The notes beneath the pieces are model-generated. The model was not told the origin of the DNA. It made no database searches and saw only the letters and a program-made list of their open reading frames with translations. 64,000 nucleotides of DNA from Planctomycetota bacterium (lineage in GTDB: Bacteria; Planctomycetota; UBA8108; UBA1146), in contig JAAZXB010000005.1 of assembly GCA_014240375.1 (NCBI GenBank), positions 297 to 64,296 on the forward strand, read 5' to 3'. The translations under genes were made by a program, and so were the position numbers. Shown in pieces: positions 1 through 9,964 of this stretch; the stretch's first letter is position 1, and every line of letters begins with the position of its first letter.

Positions 1-799
1 ATGCCAGTCCCTGTGAAATTTCGCAGCTATCCAGAATGCCATTGCCATCGCAGTCTTGACCGTCGCTGTGATCGACATCGCAGGAATTGAGAATGCCATC
101 GCCATCGATGTCGTCGTCACAGGGGTCGATGGTTCCATCGCCGTCGCTGTCTGGCTGACAGACGTCGAGCTCTCCGTTAGAGTCACAATCTGGAGCCCCG
201 TTTTCGATGTCCTCCGGATCCGGAATCCCGTTGCCATCGCAATCTTGGGAGTAGTTGACCCTCACGGCGAAAATTGGATCCGAAGATGTTGAAGTCGATC
301 TACAAAATTGTGGGGTGAGATAGATTCCCGAGATGCGCATCAAGCGAACTTCAAGATACAACTCATTCGAACCAAGAAGTTCATCAGGTAATGGTCCTGA
401 ATGCGTATAAGACCCTGAGGTTGCGGTAGGCGTCGGGGCATCCAGTAGCAATATCCAGTCTGTGGCATTATCCGACACATGAATGGAGCCATACCCAACC
501 CAGGATCCATAATTCCAGACGGTGATATGGGCAAAAATATCAGACTCACTGATTCCAGCGGGAAAAACGAAGTGCTTCCTGAGGGTGGCTTGTATTCCTG
601 TGTTTGTCGGACGCCAGTATTGAATAGAACCCTCGTTCTGCGTGACGATGTTTTCCTGTAGGACCACATAATCAAATGCGTTTGCATCGATAGGTGTAGA
701 AAAGGAATGTTCAAAATCCCAGGTCTGGGCAGAACTGATCGTATGTGGCCCGACAACAAGAGCTCCTAAAAGGAGCAGCAGGGATAGCACTTTCATCAT
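1..799 (-). CDS. Secreted protein (partial; C-terminus lies beyond window start): signal peptide + AT-rich N-terminal domain + thrombospondin-type-3-like Ca-binding repeats
   Basis: Hand translation of minus strand from ATGATG at 799/796: MMKVLSLLLLLGALVVGPHTISSAQ... continues without a stop to position 1 and ends in DxDxDGxxDxxD repeats (DCDGNGIPDPEDIENGAPDCDSNGELD...). It is absent from the ORF track only because it runs off the window edge. The start overlaps the stop of the upstream gene (ccATGATGA). Confidence 0.7.
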   Translation of the reverse strand, partial: MMKVLSLLLLLGALVVGPHTISSAQTWDFEHSFSTPIDANAFDYVVLQENIVTQNEGSIQYWRPTNTGIQATLRKHFVFPAGISESDIFAHITVWNYGSWVGYGSIHVSDNATDWILLLDAPTPTATSGSYTHSGPLPDELLGSNELYLEVRLMRISGIYLTPQFCRSTSTSSDPIFAVRVNYSQDCDGNGIPDPEDIENGAPDCDSNGELDVCQPDSDGDGTIDPCDDDIDGDGILNSCDVDHSDGQDCDGNGILDSCEISQGLA

Positions 800-2415
800 G
801 GACATCCTCCAAAGTTATTGCAGCCGAGTAGATCTTCTGTGGGATCTGGGCCGCAGGTGGGGAAGGGGTTTTGTGGGTTGGGGCCGGCGCTGAAGAGGTA
901 GGCGAGCAGGTAGACGCCGTCGCCGATGTCGATTCCTGAATCGTCGTTGATGTCGCAGGCGTCCTGGCAGGTGGGGGCGGGGCCGCTGTTGAAGAGGAAG
1001 CCGAGCAGGAAGATCGCATCGGCGATGGAGATGCTGTCATCGCCGTTGCACTCGCCACGGATGAAGTTCTGACCGGCACAGACATCGGGGATGCCGTCGC
1101 CATCGGCATCAGCGGCTCCTGCGGCGATGTCGCATTCGTCGGGAATCCCGTTCTCATCGCAGTCTTCGGAAACTCCCAACAGAATGTCGCAATCGTCGAG
1201 GAAACCGTTGTTGTTGCAGTCGAAACTGGTGCCGTTGTTGTAATCGCACTCGTCGGGGATACCGTTGTTGTTGCAATCGAAGAATGGGCCGGACTTGCAA
1301 CTGTCGGGGACACCGTCGAGGTCGCAATCGAACTCGCTGCCGTCGGCGATTTCGCAAACATCTGGGATGTTATTCAGATTACAGTCTGGTTCCGTCGTAC
1401 CCGCGTCACATTCGTCAGGAACCCCGTTGGAGTTGCAGTCTGGAACCGAACCGGTGGCGATCTCACACTCATCGAGCTCACCATTGCCATTGCAATCGCG
1501 GGCGCCCTGAGCAATGTCGCAGAGATCGGGGACGCCGTTGTTGTTGCAGTCGAAATCTGGTTGGCATTCCACTGTGCAGCAGACCAAGGGGGAGAAGAGA
1601 TCCTGGCAACCGGCTCGAATGCAGATCTCCGATGGGCCTGAAGATGGAAGAGGGATGACCGCACTGGTGGCACCCTGAGAAACCGTTGTTGCAAGAAGAC
1701 CATCGACATAGATTTCATAATAGACAATCGGCGATGGGGTCGGTTGCCATTCCAACAGCGCCTGACACAGGCAATTACTATCTGTCTCGATGACGCAGGT
1801 GAGGTTCGTGGGGGGGGAAGGAGTGTTGGTGCAATCGATGATGGAGATGGTGCCATCCTCGGTGGTGGGAAAGAGGGAACTGCCATTGACGACAACAATG
1901 GTCTCAACTGGTGGTGACCCGATCGTATCGACGAACTCCACTTGGGAACCGGTCCCAGGAGCACCGGCGGCATTCAACTGGTAAGTGGCGATGTAGAGTT
2001 CGTTATTCAGGCTGCCGCCAGGAATCACAGCGCACCCAAGGAATGGGTCAAAGCAGATCACCACTCCCGCGGTGAAACCTGAGCCCGGGATGACATTGAC
2101 CTGATTGAAATCGGGAGGGCCTCCATTGTTGGCGGTGGCGGTGGTGATTCCATCGACGACTTCAATGAGCGTGGCCATGGAAGGAACGTGGGCCACGCCG
2201 AAACTCCAAGCCTGTACATCATCCCCGGTGTTATCGAACAGCACCTGCACATCGACGAATCCGCCGGGGGGGCCGTTGGCATCGGTGAGGGAGAGGATGT
2301 AATTGGGGTTCTGGGCGGTGGCAGTGCCTGGAAAGAGGGCCAAGGGGGCCACTGTGGTCACTGTGGCCAGGGCGAGAACAGAGATGGCAGCGAGCATCCG
2401 GCGGGTCATCATCAC
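796..2415 (-). CDS. Secreted protein with thrombospondin-type-3-like repeats and C-terminal dockerin-type module
   Basis: 539-aa ORF; N-terminal signal peptide MMMTRRMLAAISVLALATVTTVAPLA; many DCNNNG[IV]PDECD repeats; C-terminal double Ca-loop dockerin (ECNGDDSISIADAIFLLGFLF...DINDDSGIDIGDGVYLLAYLF). Confidence 0.8.
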   Translation of the reverse strand: MMMTRRMLAAISVLALATVTTVAPLALFPGTATAQNPNYILSLTDANGPPGGFVDVQVLFDNTGDDVQAWSFGVAHVPSMATLIEVVDGITTATANNGGPPDFNQVNVIPGSGFTAGVVICFDPFLGCAVIPGGSLNNELYIATYQLNAAGAPGTGSQVEFVDTIGSPPVETIVVVNGSSLFPTTEDGTISIIDCTNTPSPPTNLTCVIETDSNCLCQALLEWQPTPSPIVYYEIYVDGLLATTVSQGATSAVIPLPSSGPSEICIRAGCQDLFSPLVCCTVECQPDFDCNNNGVPDLCDIAQGARDCNGNGELDECEIATGSVPDCNSNGVPDECDAGTTEPDCNLNNIPDVCEIADGSEFDCDLDGVPDSCKSGPFFDCNNNGIPDECDYNNGTSFDCNNNGFLDDCDILLGVSEDCDENGIPDECDIAAGAADADGDGIPDVCAGQNFIRGECNGDDSISIADAIFLLGFLFNSGPAPTCQDACDINDDSGIDIGDGVYLLAYLFSAGPNPQNPFPTCGPDPTEDLLGCNNFGGCP

Positions 2416-2501
2416 ACTCCTCGATCAATCAGTAGAAGAAAAGAACCGATGCTGCAGTATCCACGATGATGAGGGGGGGGTGGTAGCACGGATATCTATA
2501 T

Positions 2502-2546
2502 AAAAAGCCGCCTGCGGGGGTTGTAGTGCCCTGCAGCCGGCTTTTT
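2502..2546 (-). terminator. Rho-independent (bidirectional-looking) terminator after lipoprotein gene
   Basis: aaaaaGCCGCCTGCGGGGG-ttgtagtg-CCCTGCAGCCGGCttttt: GC-rich imperfect hairpin flanked by an A-tract and a T-tract. Confidence 0.5.
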
Positions 2547-2569
2547 GTTATTTTCTTCCTGGTGAAGTG

Positions 2570-3403
2570 TTACGGCAGAATCTCGGGGATGATTCTTTCG
2601 AGTCTTTCCTCGATGGCGGGCAGTGCGTTGGCTTCCGTCAGTTGAATCTGTCTTGCCGTGATGACGAGGGTGTTCTTGATGCGCACCTTGGTGCGTTCGG
2701 CGGCGTAGACCTGGTTGCGGCGGGTGCGGTTGCCCTCGGCGCCGGCGACGATGCCGGCGGACCCGATGGCGGTGATGGAACCGGCGACCGAGCCCTTCTT
2801 CGAGCGGTCATCGAGTTCGGTCTTGACGATGCCGCTGACCGCCTCGTCGATGCGCGTCTCGATGATCATCGTCCACGCCTCGCTACGGCTCTTGCGGTCG
2901 ATCAGGTCGCCGACGGCGGAACCGATGAAGGCGCCGGCGATGGTCGCATTCTGACGGGTGCGACGACTGTTATTGCGCGCCTGGTTATTGCCGATGGCGC
3001 CGCCGGCGACGGTGCCGAGCAGTTTGCCCATCGACGAGGAATCGTCGGGCAGGTTCTCGTTACGGCCCCAGAACTTGATGACGGCGGTGATGTCGTAGAG
3101 CGCCTCGGCGGGATCCTTGGTGACGGTCCATCCCTCTTCTTCCATGCTGGCGACGAGCATTCCACGCAATTTGCGGGTGTTGAGATCGAGCCCGGAGGGG
3201 TTTCTGACCTGGATGGTGACGCGACGGTCGTCGCCGCCGGGGCGATCACCGATGAACTCGGGCACGCCATCGACCCACTGCGCCTGGACATTCATCTCCT
3301 TGTAGCGCTCGCTACCGCCGGCGACGCTGACACAGCCGACAGTGGCGAGAGTGGCCCCCATCAGCACGGTGACCAGAGAGAAACAGATCAACGATCGAAA
3401 CAT
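2570..3403 (-). CDS. Lipoprotein with glycine-zipper-like segments (hypothetical)
   Basis: ORF 2570..3472; the likely start is internal, at MFRSLICFSLVTVLMGATLATVGC (lipobox LATVG-C). No recognisable catalytic motif. Confidence 0.55.
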   Translation of the reverse strand: MFRSLICFSLVTVLMGATLATVGCVSVAGGSERYKEMNVQAQWVDGVPEFIGDRPGGDDRRVTIQVRNPSGLDLNTRKLRGMLVASMEEEGWTVTKDPAEALYDITAVIKFWGRNENLPDDSSSMGKLLGTVAGGAIGNNQARNNSRRTRQNATIAGAFIGSAVGDLIDRKSRSEAWTMIIETRIDEAVSGIVKTELDDRSKKGSVAGSITAIGSAGIVAGAEGNRTRRNQVYAAERTKVRIKNTLVITARQIQLTEANALPAIEERLERIIPEILP

Positions 3404-3538
3404 CGGGGACTCCTTGCTGCAATTTTTGGGCGGGCTCGATGGAAAACAGGCGCGACTCCGAGGGGGAGCCACGCCTGATGATGTCTCATCGAAGGCGAGC
3501 AGGCAAGGGGAGCCTGCCCGCAGTGTCGACCGCTGCGG

Positions 3539-5083
3539 TCAGTCGCGCTGGATCAGCGGACACGCCACCTGCGGACGCTTGCGCATGAAGACGAAGTCCT
3601 CGAGGGTCTGGTTCTTGTTGTGACAGACGAGGCAGGCGGTCTCCTTGACCGCTGGCCACTGGTGGTTGACCGGATCACGCGGGTGATCTGGATTGAGACC
3701 GTGGCAATTCTCGCACTGAACATTCTTGTACGGTTCGGCATCTTCCGGCGCGATGAACGCCTGGCCGTAGCCGAGTACATGACAGGCGATGCAATCCTGG
3801 CGCCACTGATCGCCGGTCTCGACGAGACTGGCGAAGGCGGTGGCGTGCTTGGTCTTCTGCCAGAACTCGGTCTGTTCGACGTGACACACCGAGCAGGTGG
3901 CCGATGTCAGGTACTTGTCCTTGTCGTGTAACGGCGGCAACTTTGCGATGTCGAGGAACTCGGCATTTTTGCGAAACGCATCGACCATCGCGACGATCTC
4001 CGGATCTTCCAGCAGGTGCGGCTCCATCGAGGCGCGCTCGTACCAGTAGGTGGAACGGCCCGCCGGAGGAGCCTCGTCGTAGGAGAGGGAGACCATCGGG
4101 GCGCCGCCGTCGATCCAGTCGATGGCGAGGGTGCCGAGGCGCGCGCCCTGGCTGTCGGTGCGCGCCAGCAGCGTGTTGTTGATCGTCTCGAGGCTGTCCT
4201 CTTCGTCGATCCAGATCTTGTGATTGCCCAGTTCGATCATCGGATCGATCATCAGGTCGATGCCATCGACCTCGGCGGCGAGCTGACGGTTGGTGCCGAT
4301 GTGGTTGGCCGACAGCAGGATCACCATGTCGCACTGCTCGCGCAGTTGAGGAATCAGCTTCTGGGCGGTCTCGATGGAGTCGAGCAGTGCCAGTGGCCGT
4401 TCGGGATTGGCCTTCTCGAGGAAGTACGAAGGGATGGTGTCGATGGTCAGGCCGAGGATACCGATCTTGATTCCCGCCGATTCGATGATGGTGGTGGCGG
4501 GGAAGATCAGCTGCTGGTCATCGGCATAGACCAGGTTTGCCGACAGCAGCGGAAACTGCGCTTGCTTCTGAAAATCGAGCAGCGCCGGTAGACCCAGCGT
4601 CAGGTCGTGGTGACCCACCAGCATCGCCTGGTAACCCATGCGATTGTACGACTCGATGATCAGTTTTGCCTTGGCCAGCAGCTGTTGCCGGGCGAAGTCC
4701 TTCTTCTTGCCATCGTCGGTGCCAAAGAGGGTGTTGCCACCATCGATCAGCAGCAGGTTCTGGTGATGGAAACGAGTTTGATCGATGTAGGCCGAACGAC
4801 GGGTGATGGATCCCTGTCGCACCTTCTTGCGCTTGCAGCCACAGACATCGATGTAACCGACATTGTTGATGGAGAAGACCAGGAACAGATCGTGATCGTC
4901 GGTGCTGGCAGCATCATCGGGGGCGGCAGCGGCGGGCGCCGCGGCGCTGTCATCCTGCGGCAGCGGCGAGGTCGAGTTCGATCCGGGCTGGGCGTTGGCC
5001 TGGGGGCGCTGTTCGACCAGTGCCGGATAGACCATCATCAGCAAGATGGCCACGGTGATGATCTGGGGGAGCGATCTCTTCAT
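3539..5083 (-). CDS. Periplasmic calcineurin-like metallophosphoesterase (5'-nucleotidase-like) fused to C-terminal tetraheme c-type cytochrome
   Basis: 514 aa; signal peptide; GHHDLTLG and DGGN phosphoesterase-like motifs; four CxxCH motifs in the C-terminal 120 aa (CSVCH, CIACH, CENCH, CLVCH). Tandem paralog of the next gene. Confidence 0.8.
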   Translation of the reverse strand: MKRSLPQIITVAILLMMVYPALVEQRPQANAQPGSNSTSPLPQDDSAAAPAAAAPDDAASTDDHDLFLVFSINNVGYIDVCGCKRKKVRQGSITRRSAYIDQTRFHHQNLLLIDGGNTLFGTDDGKKKDFARQQLLAKAKLIIESYNRMGYQAMLVGHHDLTLGLPALLDFQKQAQFPLLSANLVYADDQQLIFPATTIIESAGIKIGILGLTIDTIPSYFLEKANPERPLALLDSIETAQKLIPQLREQCDMVILLSANHIGTNRQLAAEVDGIDLMIDPMIELGNHKIWIDEEDSLETINNTLLARTDSQGARLGTLAIDWIDGGAPMVSLSYDEAPPAGRSTYWYERASMEPHLLEDPEIVAMVDAFRKNAEFLDIAKLPPLHDKDKYLTSATCSVCHVEQTEFWQKTKHATAFASLVETGDQWRQDCIACHVLGYGQAFIAPEDAEPYKNVQCENCHGLNPDHPRDPVNHQWPAVKETACLVCHNKNQTLEDFVFMRKRPQVACPLIQRD

Positions 5084-5089
5084 GATGGG

Positions 5090-6715
5090 TTACTTTCCTT
5101 CACTTCTCTTCAGTGGTGGACAGGCGATCCGGGGCTTCGATTGCTCCGGGTCGAAGGGCACCTTGGTCTCACTGGGATTATGACATGCCCAGCAATTGTT
5201 GTCCTGCACCGCCGGCCAGGGGAACGCCTGCGGCTGGCTCGGATGTCGTGGATTCTGGCCGTGACAGCTCTCGCACTGGACATCTTTCCAGCGTCCGGGC
5301 TGGTGGGCATCGACGAAGGTTTCGCCATATCCGGTGACATGGCACGGCATGCAGTCGTAGCGGAATTGATCGCCGGAGGCCTCGAGAGTGGCGTAGGCGC
5401 GTCCGTGAGCGGTTTTCTTCCAGAATGCGGTCTGTTGCGGATGGCACACGGCACAGGTGACGGAGCCGAGGAATTGAGACGAGGGCTTGAAGGTCATCTT
5501 CTGCTCCTCGATGGGGGTCTTGTAGCGGGTCGTGGCGAGAAAATCCTGGACGATTTTTTCCATCGCCGGGTGACGACCGATGTGCGGCGCCAGTGCCACC
5601 GTCGATAGATCGGCGATGTTGGAGCCGGCGGGGGCATCTTCATCCCAGATGCTGACCCACGGCTGGCCGCTCTCGCGCAACCACAGATCTGCCCGGGACA
5701 GTTCCGATCCCTGACCACTCGGCTTCAGCAGTACCGTGCCCTGATGCAGGGTGGTCTTGATTGCATCCTTGATCCAGGTGTTCTCGGAGCCGTTGCTGGA
5801 GTTGGGTTCGACCACTACATCGATGGCGGGCACCTCGGCGGCGAGGCGATCGACATCGGCACGGTTGATGTGGCCCAGCACCACACACAGGTCGACTTCA
5901 TCACCGTGTGCCTCGATCTCGGCGAGGATCGCCGGGTATGGATCGGCGAAGGTTGCACCGGCGCAGTGCTTGTCGATGAAGCGCTGCGGGGGCACTCGCA
6001 TGGCGCCGACGATCAGCACCTTGCGTCCCTGGCTGGTGACGATGGTCGAGGCGGCGAAGGGGGACTGACCGGTGGCATCCTTGAGGTTGGCGCACAGCAG
6101 AGGAAATTTCATCCGTTGCTGGAGCTGGACCAGTCGATCGAGTCCGAGGGCCAGATCGTGTTCTCCGACCGCTGCAGCAAAGGTGCCAAAGAGGTTGTAG
6201 GCATCGATCAGCAGCAGCGCCTTCTGATGCATCTGTTGCTGGAGTAGTGGATTCGGGTGCAGTCGTCCGAGCGAGAAGAGCCAGTCGCCGCCATCGACCA
6301 GCAACGGTTGGATCCCGTCCGCCTTCAACGAGTTGAGAAAGGTCATCCGTCTCGACAAACTGCCGAGCTTGATCTTTCGCTTGGGTCAGCCACACGGTTC
6401 GATGTAGCCGTAGTTGTGGACCGAGGCGAGCAGTAGAAATGGCTTCTCTTCCTCGTCTTCTCCCTGCGCGGGTTCGGACTGCGCCGGGTCGGACTGCGCC
6501 GGTTCGGACTGCGCCGGTTCGGACTGCGCCGGTTCGGACTGCGCCGGTTCGGACTGTGCTGCATCGGACTGTGCTGCATCGGACTGTGCTGCATCGGACT
6601 GTGCAGAGTTCTGCGGCACCGCGAGCGCCTTCGCAGGGGTGGCAGGGAGTGCTGGCTGTAGCAGTGGTGCGATCAGCAACGGTGCGCAGATCAACAGCAG
6701 TAGCGGGTACTTCAA
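5090..6715 (-). CDS. Paralogous metallophosphoesterase-tetraheme cytochrome fusion with in-frame TGA (6386-6388): selenoprotein candidate or pseudogene
   Basis: ORFs 5090..6358 and 6386..6976 are in the same frame, separated only by a TGA. The upstream part has a TTG start at 6715 with a GGGAGAG SD, a signal peptide (MKYPLLLLICAPLLIAPLL) and an (AQSEP)n linker. ...YGYIEPCG-TGA-PKRKIK... aligns without gaps to ...VGYIDVCGCKRKKV... of the paralog, so the TGA replaces a Cys codon. Four CxxCH motifs lie in the C-terminal part. Confidence 0.55.
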
Positions 6716-6734
6716 GTGCTCTCCCTCGTCCCGA

Positions 6735-7421
6735 TCAGGGACAAATTTCCAGACAGGGTAGCGCCTCGCTGGAGCCACGGGGGTAAAGCAGCGTTGCTTG
6801 TTGGTCGGAGCTGGTCGCCAACTGCGCCAGTGCCAGCACCGAATCCTCGATGGTGACCGAGCCGTTGTCATCGAAGTCGGCGGCCGCCAGGCAACTGGGC
6901 TGGGGTCCATCCTTTTCGAGCCAGCCGACCAGTTCGTGGAAGTCGGCCATGTCGAGATCTCCATCGGAGTCGACATCGCCGCGCACCAGGATCATCGAGG
7001 CGGTGACCGGAGCCTCCAGCAGCGGAACCGTGGTCGGCGGTTGCAGGATGTCGGAGAGGAGCAGCAGCGCGACCAGCAGTGCCGCAGCACTGCTCCACCA
7101 GCGACCGAAGGGGAGAGTGGTCGGTGAGGAGCCACCAGCGTCCGCGGGTTTGCTCGATCGATTGGCCGTGGTGCGGATCTGTTCGAGGGTTGCTTGCGAC
7201 AGTGCTGCAACCTGGTCGGGGCCGACGCCGGTCAGCGTCTCGATGGTCAGCAGCAGTTCAGTGCTCAACTGGTCATGGACCGTACGGCAGCCGTGGCAGG
7301 AGTTCAGATGGGCGGCGATTCGCTGCTCTTCCAGCGGTCCCGACTCGCCGTCGAGAAATCGCGGAAGAACGTTCCGCACCCCAGCACAATTATCGAGTGA
7401 GATCATCGGGCGATCGCTCAT
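6735..7421 (-). CDS. Anti-sigma factor (zinc-finger/ZAS-like N-terminus, one TM helix) with extracytoplasmic C-terminal dockerin module
   Basis: Start ATG overlaps the sigma gene stop (ATGA). N-terminus has AAHLNSCHGCRTVHDQL (HxxxCxxC anti-sigma zinc motif); TM segment WWSSAAALLVALLLL; C-terminus DVDSDGDLDMADFHELVGWL...DFDDNGSVTIEDSVLALAQLA is a two Ca-loop dockerin. Confidence 0.75.
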   Translation of the reverse strand: MSDRPMISLDNCAGVRNVLPRFLDGESGPLEEQRIAAHLNSCHGCRTVHDQLSTELLLTIETLTGVGPDQVAALSQATLEQIRTTANRSSKPADAGGSSPTTLPFGRWWSSAAALLVALLLLSDILQPPTTVPLLEAPVTASMILVRGDVDSDGDLDMADFHELVGWLEKDGPQPSCLAAADFDDNGSVTIEDSVLALAQLATSSDQQATLLYPRGSSEALPCLEICP

Positions 7422-8047
7422 GCGCTGCCCCCCTTCGCAGATTCGGAGCGTTTGAGCTCCTCGCGCAGTGCCTTGCGGGCACGTCGCATCAGGTAATCCA
7501 CCTGGTGGAAGGACAGGCTGAGGCGCTCGCCGATCTCCTCGTAGGAGTGGCCCTCGATGTACTTCCATTGCAGCGCCAGTCTCATCTCATCGGGAAGGCG
7601 TTGCACCAGCTCGTCAGTCTCGACCGAGGTCGATTCTTTCGAACGGTGCCGGGCCCGGGCCAGCAGTTCGGTGCGGGCTTGCTGGAGCACCACCCGCTTG
7701 CGCTGTTTCTGCTGGATCCACCGATGGGCTCGATTCTGAACCAATCGTGAAAGCCATCCGATGAAGGCGCGTGGCTCTCTCAGCGAGGGGAGAGAGCGCC
7801 AGATGTGAAGGAGGGCATCCTGGGCGACATCGTCTGCATCATCTCGACCCACCTTGCGCCGGGAGAGTCCCAGCACCAACCCACCGAAGCGTTCGATCAG
7901 CACGGCGAAGGCGGCTTCGTCGCCGCCGGCGGCACGCCGCACCAGGTCGACATCTTCCAGCTGAGAAAGGGACTGCGGAGAATCCGCTGGCGCCTTCTCG
8001 GGTCGATGATCGCCGGGAGCTGGACACATGCTGAATCTCCGGGTCAT
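7418..8047 (-). CDS. ECF-type RNA polymerase sigma-70 factor
   Basis: Region 2 (DDVAQDALLHIWRSL) and region 4 HTH (YEEIGERLSLSFHQVDYLMRRARKALRE). Translationally coupled to the downstream anti-sigma gene. Confidence 0.85.
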   Translation of the reverse strand: MTRRFSMCPAPGDHRPEKAPADSPQSLSQLEDVDLVRRAAGGDEAAFAVLIERFGGLVLGLSRRKVGRDDADDVAQDALLHIWRSLPSLREPRAFIGWLSRLVQNRAHRWIQQKQRKRVVLQQARTELLARARHRSKESTSVETDELVQRLPDEMRLALQWKYIEGHSYEEIGERLSLSFHQVDYLMRRARKALREELKRSESAKGGSA

Positions 8048-8221
8048 GGGGGCCAGTCGAGGGGCTAGAGACCTCGATCACAGACGGGGCGCTTGGCCCG
8101 CATTCGGGCCAGGATCACCTTCCTGAGCAGTATAACATGAAGCCGGGACCGTCCCGGATCACTCCTCGCTACTCTGCAGTGGAAGTGGCGTGCTGGAGGG
8201 CCGATTCGGAAACCAAATACC

Positions 8222-9259
<1,038 letters not shown>

Positions 9260-9480
9260 CAGTCCTCCAGGGTCGTGTGAATTTGAAGTCTCAGTGGCGA
9301 GATGACACCACGAAATCTCCTTCAACGGTAGTGTTCCTCGAAGTGCCCTCGATTCATCCTCGATGCGTTCACCACGGGTCATCGGCGACTTGGGCTTGTA
9401 CAGTGACCGCTGGCAGGAGACCCTGCAGCGCCGCGGTGGCGGTCACCGCCGCTGACCCCTTCAGCCAGGAGGAGATCTCG

Positions 9481-9945
9481 ATGGAGATGGATGACAAGGT
9501 CTGCATCTGTTTCGGGGTTTCCCGCCGCAAGCTGGTCAACTTCACTCGCCAGACCCAGCCGAGCCGACCATCGCAACTGTCGAACTGCTTCGGTGCCGGC
9601 ACCGGCTGCGGCTGGTGCATTCCTTTTCTGATGAGGATTCATGCCGAAGGAGTGGCATCGCAGGGGGAGGATTCGCCGTCATCACAGGGTGCCGCGAATC
9701 CGCTCGAGATCAGCGCCGAGGAGTATCAGCAGCTGCGAGCCAGTTATCGACAGCAGGTCAACGCCGGCGAGTTGCCGAAGAATCGCCATGGCAGTGGTGG
9801 GAGCCTCGACGGGGATGCTGCGGTGGAAGACTCACCGGCTGAAGATTCTGCGGAGGAAGATTCACCGGCCGCAGAAGACCCAGATGGAGAGCGACAGGAT
9901 GGTCGGAGAGATGTTGGCGAGATCGACGACGACGCCTTCGCCTAG
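9481..9945 (+). CDS. BFD-like [2Fe-2S]-binding domain protein with acidic C-terminal tail
   Basis: MEMDDKVCICFGVSRRKL...CFGAGTGCGWCIPF (C-x-C...C-x-x-C BFD motif); AGGAGG SD upstream of ATG at 9481. The supplied ORF start at 9277 is over-extended. Confidence 0.7.
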   Translation: MEMDDKVCICFGVSRRKLVNFTRQTQPSRPSQLSNCFGAGTGCGWCIPFLMRIHAEGVASQGEDSPSSQGAANPLEISAEEYQQLRASYRQQVNAGELPKNRHGSGGSLDGDAAVEDSPAEDSAEEDSPAAEDPDGERQDGRRDVGEIDDDAFA

Positions 9946-9964
9946 CGGGTCGGTCAAGAGTCGG

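Noticed and set aside
56-292. Plus-strand ORF (78 aa) rich in V/A/I/D
   Set aside because: It is the antisense reading of the TSP3-repeat region of the minus-strand gene 1..799. Repetitive GC-rich DNA gives open antisense frames.
2567-3478. Plus-strand 303-aa ORF overlapping the lipoprotein gene
   Set aside because: Gly/Asp/Ala-rich low-complexity antisense frame with no start context; the minus-strand ORF has a lipoprotein signal and is preferred.
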